Assembly: GCF_000017305.1 (NCBI RefSeq)
Contig: NC_009660.1
Span: 1 to 12,917, forward strand
Origin: Kineococcus radiotolerans SRS30216 = ATCC BAA-149
GTDB taxonomy: Bacteria > Actinomycetota > Actinomycetes > Actinomycetales > Kineococcaceae
Reading direction: 5' to 3'
DNA length: 12,917 nucleotides
Each line of letters opens with the position of its first letter. The first letter of the stretch is position 1. The notes beneath the pieces were generated by a model, which did not search any database, was not told where the DNA came from, and was given only the letters and a program-made list of their open reading frames with translations. This document shows positions 6,965 to 12,445 of this stretch, piece after piece. A program made the position numbers and the translations under genes.

Positions 6965-7043
6965 GTCAGGCGGCCGTCAGCCGTCCCGGCGAGGTGTCGG
7001 TAGGGCTCGGGGGCCCCGTCCAGGTGTCGTTCCGGCCACGGAA

Positions 7044-7068
7044 GCGTGTCAGGGACACCCTGACACGC
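7044..7068. promoter_or_regulatory. 25-bp palindrome GCGTGTCAGGG-ACA-CCCTGACACGC upstream of the 375-aa gene; candidate operator or hairpin
   Basis: It has perfect 11-bp arms and a 3-nt centre, about 80 bp upstream of the GTG at 6964 on the minus strand. Confidence 0.4.
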
Positions 7069-7294
7069 CGAGGGGGGCGCGTAGTTCTCGCGCCGGCAGG
7101 GGTTCCCTGCTTACTCTGGTCCTGCACCGCTGCTCCCGAGGGGCTACTCGTGAGTTGTGGAAGGGCCCTCGTTGTTGACGCAACGGGGGCTCTTGGCTGT
7201 CCGGGGTCGGACAGGTGCCCTGACCCTGCCCGCGATCACGCTTGGGACCTACGCGACACGCCGCACGTCAGGGCAGGGTGGTCCACCACGACGA

Positions 7295-7332
7295 AGGCCC
7301 TGGCGCCGGCTGCAGTCCGGTCACCAGGGCCT
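7295..7332 (-). terminator. Hairpin AGGCCCTGG-(20 nt)-CCAGGGCCT immediately after the stop of the AT-rich small ORF
   Basis: The 9-bp perfect stem spans 7295..7303 and 7324..7332. On the plus strand it is followed by TCATCTTATTT, and on the minus strand by TTCGTCGT. It sits exactly at the G+C / A+T composition boundary. Confidence 0.45.
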
Positions 7333-7336
7333 CATC

Positions 7337-7477
7337 TTATTTAGCTCTAAAATACTTTATAACTTCCAGAATTTGGGCAATCAATTCTGGTGAAACTGGC
7401 CCAATATGTTCAATCGCTTTAAGGCTCAATTGAAATGCCATATAGATTAGTAGTAGAAATACGCCTTCAATTCCCAT
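7337..7477 (-). CDS. Small hydrophobic peptide (46 aa) encoded in the low-GC island
   Basis: ATG 7477..7475 is preceded by AAAAGGA (7492..7486) 8 nt upstream. The peptide is MGIEGVFLLLIYMAFQLSLKAIEHIGPVSPELIAQILEVIKYFRAK, with one TM-like segment and a charged tail. The ORF-track version (85 aa, TTG at 7594) would include its own putative promoter. Confidence 0.35.
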   Translation of the reverse strand: MGIEGVFLLLIYMAFQLSLKAIEHIGPVSPELIAQILEVIKYFRAK

Positions 7478-7533
7478 AATAGTTATCCTTTTCGTTAGTT
7501 GAATTACATTATTCCTCGGCCAAAGGAGATTAC

Positions 7534-7563
7534 ATCTTAGCACGCCGACCATGATCACGTCAA
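7534..7563 (-). promoter_or_regulatory. Sigma70-like promoter candidate for the small ORF (TTGACG, 18 nt, TAAGAT)
   Basis: On the minus strand the -35 TTGACG lies at 7563..7558 and the -10 TAAGAT at 7539..7534, with an 18-nt spacer. Such hexamers arise easily by chance in AT-rich DNA. Confidence 0.3.
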
Positions 7564-7614
7564 GTCCAAGGAAAGCCAACGTGTTGTGCCACAACGAATC
7601 TCGACGCCTTTAAA

Positions 7615-8187
7615 TCAATTGTTTAAACTGCGATAAAGCGTGGCCCGACTGACCCCCAGCGCCTCGGCGGTCTCGCGGACGCTGTGGGCCTCGCCGGCGA
7701 GCATCGCGCGGGCGGCGGCGATCTTGGCTGGCGTCATCACCGTGGGTCTGCCCCCGCGCCGGCCTCGGGACCGCGCCGCTGCCAGCCCGGCCTCGGTTCG
7801 CTCACGCACTAGGTCGCGCTCGAACTCGGCAAGAGCGCCAAAAAGGTGCAGCACCAGCCGGCCGGTGGCCGTGGTGGTGTCGATGGACTCGGTGAGGCTG
7901 CGGAAGCCCACGCCTCGGGCGGCCAGGCCGTCCACGACCTCCAGCAGGTGCCGCAGCGACCGCCCGAGGCGGTCCAGGCGCCAGACCACCAGGGTGTCCC
8001 CCGGGCCCATCCCTTGCAGCGCGACCTCCAGCTGTGGCCGGCTGGTCAGCGCCCCCGACGCCATGTCGGTCAGCACCTGGGCGCAGCCAGCGGCTACCAG
8101 GGCGTCCTGCTGCAGGGCGGCATCCTGGTCGCCGGTGCTTACCCGGGCGTAGCCGATCAGCCGGCCGGTGGTCGTCAGCGTCGTCAT
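7615..8187 (-). CDS. Small serine recombinase (resolvase/invertase family)
   Basis: The catalytic motif is GYARVSTGDQ. The VVWRLDRLGRSLRHL and GALAEFERDLVRERT motifs are present, with a C-terminal HTH (SVRETAEALGVSRATLYRSL). The start is taken as ATG 8187; an in-frame GTG at 8205 is also possible. Confidence 0.9.
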   Translation of the reverse strand: MTTLTTTGRLIGYARVSTGDQDAALQQDALVAAGCAQVLTDMASGALTSRPQLEVALQGMGPGDTLVVWRLDRLGRSLRHLLEVVDGLAARGVGFRSLTESIDTTTATGRLVLHLFGALAEFERDLVRERTEAGLAAARSRGRRGGRPTVMTPAKIAAARAMLAGEAHSVRETAEALGVSRATLYRSLNN

Positions 8188-8434
8188 GAGCGCGGACCCT
8201 GCCACCTGTCTCAGACGCCGTGGCCGTCAACGCAGCGTTGCGGACACGGGTTGTGCGACGGCGTGGCGCGGTGGCCGGGCGCGTCGCACCAGTTGTCTCG
8301 CAACCGAGCGGTTCTGAGACGCCCGGAAGGGCCCATGTGACTGCCACAGCCGGGGCACCCATTCACCGTGCAGCTGGCGGTCGGCAGCAGGTCGGCCCCA
8401 GCACGACACCGGATACCTACCGAGAGGCACGACC

Positions 8435-8671
8435 ATGCAGAACAAGATCACGACCGCGCAGAACGCCGACCGCAACGACCAGCGACTGGTGGCCACCATG
8501 ACCAAGCTGGCGCCGGCCATCGCGCGCCAGCTGACCCGCAAGGCCAGCCAGCGCACCCCCGACCGCGTGGAGGTGTTCGTGACGCTGCTGTGCGACCGCC
8601 TGCGCCCTGGCCGCGAGAACCGGCTGAGCGTGCGGGATGCGTGGGAGGCCAGCGGCCTGGCGACCCGCTAG
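8435..8671 (+). CDS. Hypothetical small protein (78 aa)
   Basis: The start is ATG 8435, with GAGAGG (8422..8427) 7 nt upstream. Codon usage is good. It is divergent from the recombinase gene. A GC-rich 10-bp stem (8699..8708 / 8722..8731) follows. Confidence 0.55.
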   Translation: MQNKITTAQNADRNDQRLVATMTKLAPAIARQLTRKASQRTPDRVEVFVTLLCDRLRPGRENRLSVRDAWEASGLATR

Positions 8672-8754
8672 GCCAGGCCGCACCGCCGCCGGCCGCCGGC
8701 CGCCGCAGTCGCTCACCACGGCTGCGGCGGCGGGGCGCCGGGCATGATGCCGTC

Positions 8755-9039
8755 ATGCCCGTGACCTACCGTGCCGCTGCGGTGCGCCCGAGGTCGCCCC
8801 GGCCAACCTGCGCCAGACGGCACCCTGACCTCATGCAGCAACGTCGGCTGAACATGGGCCCCAAGCGCAAGGCGTGGGGCGTGGAGCGGGTCACCATCCG
8901 TGGCCGGGACCGTGGCCTGGAGTACCGCCAGCGGGTGATGCGAGTACGCATGCCCGGCTGGGGCAGCTGGCTCAACATCCCGCTGGGGCGTCGTGTGTGG
9001 GTGCACGACTACACCCACCTAGGACCTGGCGGTCTCTGA
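8755..9039 (+). CDS. Hypothetical small protein; start uncertain (ATG 8755, 8833 or 8854)
   Basis: This is the C-terminal part of the ORF-track frame 8368..9039. GC3 is about 80% by my count, and the sequence looks protein-like (KAWGVERVTIRGRDRGLEYRQRVMRVRMPGWGSWLNIPLGRRVWVHDY). No clear SD is present. Confidence 0.35.
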   Translation: MPVTYRAAAVRPRSPRPTCARRHPDLMQQRRLNMGPKRKAWGVERVTIRGRDRGLEYRQRVMRVRMPGWGSWLNIPLGRRVWVHDYTHLGPGGL

Positions 9040-9102
9040 CCTGCATGTTTACATGCATACATGCCATCTTGCTGACCTGCAGGCATGTCTGCATGCAGGA
9101 AT
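9037..9102. repeat. Low-GC CATG-rich repeat cluster downstream of the partition operon; candidate centromere-like site
   Basis: It contains GTTTACAT (9047..9054), GTCTGCAT (9087..9094), TACATGCC (9058..9065), the direct repeat CTGACCTGCA (9037..9046 and 9072..9081), and the palindromes CCTGCAGG (9076..9083) and CTGCATGCAG (9089..9098). Confidence 0.45.
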
Positions 9103-9103
9103 G

Positions 9104-9484
9104 TCAGCCGTCGTGGCGCTCTAGGTACTCGCTCAGCGCGGCGGCGGTCAGGGCCTGCACGGTGGTGTCGTTCTCGGCCGCCCACCGCTTGACCCGCCGG
9201 CGCAGCGTGGGGTCCATGCGCACGCTGAACATGGGCAACGCCGCCGCCGGCTGACCTGCCGGCGCAGCCGGGCTGGTGACGGGCTCGGCCACCGACTCGG
9301 CAGCCGGCGCGGACTCAGGTGCAGGCGCGGCGTCAACGGCATCCGAGGGCGCGGGGTCGAACCCGGGCAGGAACGGGTCCTGCAGGTCATTACCGGCCAG
9401 CGCTGCTGCCGGCGCCGGCGGTGCGACGGGGTGCACAGCGGCCGGGGCCTTGCGCAGCGCGGTCTTGGGGGCGGGCTTGGCCAT
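9104..9484 (-). CDS. Ribbon-helix-helix (CopG/ParG-like) protein; likely centromere-binding partner of ParA
   Basis: ATG 9484..9482 overlaps the parA TGA at 9486..9484. The N-terminal half is disordered and Ala/Pro-rich. The C-terminal RHH is FSVRMDPTLRRRVKRWAAENDTTVQALTAAALSEYLERH. Confidence 0.7.
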   Translation of the reverse strand: MAKPAPKTALRKAPAAVHPVAPPAPAAALAGNDLQDPFLPGFDPAPSDAVDAAPAPESAPAAESVAEPVTSPAAPAGQPAAALPMFSVRMDPTLRRRVKRWAAENDTTVQALTAAALSEYLERHDG

Positions 9485-10275
9485 CAGGACACCTCCACGG
9501 TGCTCGGGGTGCTCAGGGTCTGCAGGGCCAGGACGCGCTCGGCCAGGGCGTCGTAGACCTCGGCCACGGGCTTGCCGTCCGCGCCGTAGTCAGCCACCGA
9601 GGCGGCAGCGCCCATCGCCGCCGCCACCACCGCGCGGGCGGGCACGTAGGGCTCCCACACGGCCGCGCCGTAGACCTCGGCCACCTCGGCCACGCGCAGC
9701 GCCGACTCGGTGGTGCGGTTCTGGTGGTTGACGACGATGCCGGCCAGCTGCAGCTTGCGGTTGTAGTGCTCGGCCACCACGTCCCGGGTGCGCAGGACGT
9801 TCTCCACCCCGCGCAGGCTCGCCGCCGAGGGCTCGGTGACGACCACCACGTGGGTGGCGGCCACGAACCCCAAGACGACCAGCCGGCCAATACTCGGAGG
9901 GCAGTCGATCAGCACTACGTCGTAGCCGCTGAGCCCGTCCAGGGCCTTGGCCAGGCGGAACTCGCTGCCGGGGGACAGGTCGGTCTCGCGCTCGGCCAGG
10001 TCCAGCGTGGAGCCGATTACGTCGATGCCCGCACCCCAGCCGGCGTGCTGGATGGCCTCGGCGGCGATGCCTCGGGTGTCGGCGTACACCGCGTCGTTGA
10101 CGTTGCGCACGTCGTCCAGCGGGTCCAGGCCGAGCCACTGCGTCAGGTCGGCCTGCGGATCCAGGTCGATGCAGAGCACCCGCAGGCCCCGGCGGTCCAG
10201 GGCGGCGGCGATGCCGACGACGGTGGAGGTCTTGCCCACCCCGCCCTTCTGGTTAGTGAACGCGACGGTCAGCAT
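9484..10275 (-). CDS. parA: ParA/Soj-family partition ATPase
   Basis: The deviant Walker A is MLTVAFTNQKGGVGKTS. The LCIDLDPQADLT and VVLIDCPPS motifs are present. The protein is 263 aa. Confidence 0.95.
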   Translation of the reverse strand: MLTVAFTNQKGGVGKTSTVVGIAAALDRRGLRVLCIDLDPQADLTQWLGLDPLDDVRNVNDAVYADTRGIAAEAIQHAGWGAGIDVIGSTLDLAERETDLSPGSEFRLAKALDGLSGYDVVLIDCPPSIGRLVVLGFVAATHVVVVTEPSAASLRGVENVLRTRDVVAEHYNRKLQLAGIVVNHQNRTTESALRVAEVAEVYGAAVWEPYVPARAVVAAAMGAAASVADYGADGKPVAEVYDALAERVLALQTLSTPSTVEVS

Positions 10276-10317
10276 GTCTACATACCTACATGTCTACATG
10301 TTGGCATGCAAGGACAT
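10268..10317. repeat. Tandem 8-bp iterons phased on CAT, overlapping the parA start; candidate parC/operator
   Basis: The units run consecutively from 10268: GTCAGCAT, GTCTACAT, ACCTACAT, GTCTACAT, GTTGGCAT, then GCAAGGACAT. Confidence 0.5.
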
Positions 10318-10537
10318 CGACAGCGCGCCGATCTGGTGGTGCGACACGCCGCACTTCAATCACGTTGCGTGAGAACAGGTCACGGAGGGTTTCCATCTCG
10401 CCGGTTTGGCTCTACCGTCACTGCATCGAGGGCCAGCCAGTCCCCGGATAAGGCAAGGGCCCCGACAGGCGGCAACCCGTCGAGGCCCAAGAGCACATCA
10501 CCAGTGGTCGCCAGATCTGCACTCGGAAAGGTCCGCC

Positions 10538-10744
10538 ATGTCTAAGCGTCTCCCCACCCCCAAGTTCAACACGCCCGACCCGGAAGACCGCAACCCCCAA
10601 GTCATCCTCGGTTGGTGGATCACGCTGACCGCTCCCGTCGTGGCGGTGGTCCTCCACGACACCGGAGCCATGACTCTGCAGCTGGCCGCCGGCCTGGCAC
10701 TGCTGGGGCTTCCTCTCCCCGGCGGCGACCGACCGGCGACCTGA
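10538..10744 (+). CDS. Small membrane protein (68 aa)
   Basis: The start is ATG 10538, with GGAAAGG (10525..10531) 6 nt upstream. Hydrophobic segments are VILGWWITLTAPVVAVVL and LQLAAGLALLGLPL. GC3 is about 82%, higher than the antisense ORF. Confidence 0.5.
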   Translation: MSKRLPTPKFNTPDPEDRNPQVILGWWITLTAPVVAVVLHDTGAMTLQLAAGLALLGLPLPGGDRPAT

Positions 10745-10816
10745 CAGGTACTTCATCACCGAGGTCGGACACTGGCCGGCGTACAGCAGCCCGCTGCGCG
10801 CCGGCCAGGCGTCGTC

Positions 10817-11137
10817 ATGATGAAGGACCCACCCGGCCGCGCCGATCATCCAGGGGTGAGCACGACCACCCCCGCCGGCGCGACCAGCCAACGCGCCCGA
10901 TAGGCCCGCACGGCGGTCACGGCGGTCACGGCGGTCACGGCGGTCACGGCGGTCACGGCGTCGCGGCACGGTCAGCCGTGGACCGCGACCGAGGACGTCG
11001 AACTGGCCGCCTGCGTCAATGACGACGACCTGGAGGCGTTTGCGTGGCGGTGGGGACGACGGTTCCTGTCCGTGAAGCAGCGGCGTCGCCGTCCCCGCAC
11101 GGGGACGACGCGAACCGGCACGGGCTGGGTCCGATGA
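10817..11137 (+). pseudogene. Myb/SANT-like (W-T-x-x-E-D) small DNA-binding ORF interrupted by an in-frame TAG at 10901..10903
   Basis: My translation is MMKDPPGRADHPGVSTTTPAGATSQRAR-TAG-ARTAVTAVTAVTAVTAVTASRHGQPWTATEDVELAACVNDDDLEAFAWRWGRRFLSVKQRRRRPRTGTTRTGTGWVR. No ATG, GTG or TTG lies between the TAG and the conserved W. The stop TGA 11135..11137 overlaps the next ATG (11134). Confidence 0.4.
10909..10960. repeat. 9-bp tandem repeat CACGGCGGT, 5 full copies plus 7 nt
   Basis: Read directly. The units start at 10909, 10918, 10927, 10936 and 10945, with a partial unit at 10954. In the three plus-strand frames it encodes (TAV)5, (HGG)5 or similar. Confidence 0.95.
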
Positions 11138-11517
11138 CCGACGACACCGACACCGACACCGAGGCCGTGGCGGTCAAGCTGCTGCCGACCGATCCCCAAG
11201 ACATGACCCCGCCGGCAGTGGCCTGGGCCAAGGCGGTGCTGGCGGAAGTGCGGACCATCCCGCGTGCGCGGCTGCAGGCATCGGCGCGTACATCGCTGAC
11301 GGCGGTGACGTGGACCCTGGCCGCAGCGGCAGACTGGCTGTACACGATCCTGCCGAGTTTGCCGCCGCGGTCCTCGCGGCTCTGGGCACAGCATTTGGGG
11401 ATGGAACGGCCCCCGGAACCCCAGGTGTTGTGGACTGAGGGGTGGACAAGGCGGGGACCGGCTGCCGTCCCCCTGTGGAGGACACGCCGACACGACACGA
11501 CACGCCGAACACGCTGA
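11134..11517 (+). CDS. Hypothetical protein (127 aa)
   Basis: This is the ORF-track frame 11044..11517 with the start moved to ATG 11134, which overlaps the upstream TGA (ATGA). The N-terminus is acidic (MTDDTDTDTEAV). GC3 is high. Confidence 0.55.
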   Translation: MTDDTDTDTEAVAVKLLPTDPQDMTPPAVAWAKAVLAEVRTIPRARLQASARTSLTAVTWTLAAAADWLYTILPSLPPRSSRLWAQHLGMERPPEPQVLWTEGWTRRGPAAVPLWRTRRHDTTRRTR

Positions 11518-11815
11518 GTCACGACCACTGACGACGGGTGGCCGCCAGGGGGGTGACGACGGAGCAGAACCGCAGGTCAGGGGTTTTGCACGCTCAGATG
11601 GCGTGCGGCGGAGTCCGATGCGTGAATGACATTCTTGTCACACACCATCTTGTGCCGGTTTTCCACACGACCCCGTAAGGGTAGTGTCCAAGTACCTGGA
11701 TCACCCAGGCGCGGAACAGGAAAACCCCGGTCAACGCGGCGTCCTAGGAAAACTACGCGGCGACCAGGGTCCCTGTACTGCTTGCTTCGCAACACCCACA
11801 TGGAAGGGATCCCAC

Positions 11816-12043
11816 ATGGGCATCTCGTACGACCGACGTTACCCGATGTCCGCTCAGGCGTCGATCCTGGGCGCGCTGCTGATTCTGGTGGTGCCGGTGC
11901 TGATCTACCTGCACCCGCTGATGGACCCGGCTCTGGCTGCCGTACCGGCGGCCATCGGGTTCCGCTTGTTCTGGCCTCGCCAGGGGCGTCCCCGGTGGGG
12001 GACCGGCGGGGCTGGTGATCGCCGCCGGCGTCCGCTGACCTGA
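11816..12043 (+). CDS. Small membrane protein (75 aa)
   Basis: This is the ORF-track frame 11684..12043 with the start moved to ATG 11816, which has GGAAGGGA (11802..11809) 6 nt upstream. The hydrophobic core is ASILGALLILVVPVLIYL. Confidence 0.5.
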   Translation: MGISYDRRYPMSAQASILGALLILVVPVLIYLHPLMDPALAAVPAAIGFRLFWPRQGRPRWGTGGAGDRRRRPLT

Positions 12044-12052
12044 CGGATTGCT

Positions 12053-12079
12053 GACCCGGGCAGAACTCTTGCCCGGGTC
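12053..12079. terminator. Bidirectional hairpin between convergent genes (GACCCGGGCA-GAACTCT-TGCCCGGGTC)
   Basis: It has a perfect 10-bp stem and a 7-nt loop. It starts 10 nt after the TGA at 12041..12043 of the plus-strand gene and overlaps the stop (12078..12080) of the minus-strand gene. Confidence 0.6.
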
Positions 12080-12308
12080 AGTTCCGCAGCTCAGCCAGGA
12101 AGTCCACCAGCGCGTCGGGCTGCAGGTAGCCCAACGGGCCCTCATCCACCCCTGAGCGCCCCAGCGGGATCACGGTGACGCCGGCCATGGCCAGGCCGCG
12201 CTGCATGTCCTCGGGCAGCAGGTCGTCCTCGGCCAGGCGCAGGGCCCGGCGGCGGGTGGGTTCGTCAGCGTCGGCCCACCAGTCGGCCACGGCGTCGCGT
12301 TGGTTCAC
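12078..12308 (-). CDS. Hypothetical small protein (76 aa)
   Basis: The start is GTG 12308. GC3 is high. The sequence is acidic and helical-looking (ADWWADADEPTRRRALRLAEDDLLPEDMQRGL). I recognise no family. Confidence 0.5.
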   Translation of the reverse strand: MNQRDAVADWWADADEPTRRRALRLAEDDLLPEDMQRGLAMAGVTVIPLGRSGVDEGPLGYLQPDALVDFLAELRN

Positions 12309-12445
12309 CTGCCCATCGTGGAGCCTGCGCGCCGGCGCTGGTCGGGGTCTCCAGCACCCTGGCCATCCGGTCCAGCTCCCGGCAACGGCGTCGCGGGATC
12401 GGCCGGGCTGGTGAGGTTGACGCCGGCGCGCAGGCGTTCAGGGGA

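Noticed and set aside
7337-7594. 85-aa version of the low-GC ORF (TTG start at 7594)
   Set aside because: It has a rare TTG start and no SD, and it would contain the best promoter candidate within itself. The internal ATG 7477 with AAAAGGA is preferred, though neither is proven.
7615-8205. Calling a Tn3-family transposon or an invertible-segment (Hin/Gin-type) system around the serine recombinase
   Set aside because: The window contains no transposase gene and no terminal inverted repeats. I could not find convincing inverted repeats flanking the low-GC block (the best alignment of its two ends was about 9/18). It is therefore annotated only as a resolvase/invertase-family recombinase.
10294-10396. 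33-aa minus-strand ORF upstream of parA (METLRDLFSRNVIEVRRVAPPDRRAVDVLACQHVDM)
   Set aside because: It is short, has no convincing SD, and its 3' part is made of the 8-bp iterons. It is more likely regulatory DNA.
9319-10545. 408-aa plus-strand ORF and other frames antisense to parA and the RHH gene
   Set aside because: It is an antisense shadow of two genes with unambiguous family motifs. The translation is low-complexity (H/G/R/A-rich).
10909-10960. Possible CRISPR array
   Set aside because: The 9-bp units are directly abutting with no spacers, so this is a microsatellite-type tandem repeat and not a CRISPR array.
10418-10969. 183-aa minus-strand ORF beginning MPRRRDRRDRRDRRDRR
   Set aside because: Its N-terminus is the tandem repeat read on the other strand, and most of it is antisense to the SD-equipped small membrane gene, which has the higher GC3. 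I did note that its GC3 is higher than the plus frame in 10745..10860, so that ~110-bp stretch remains ambiguous.
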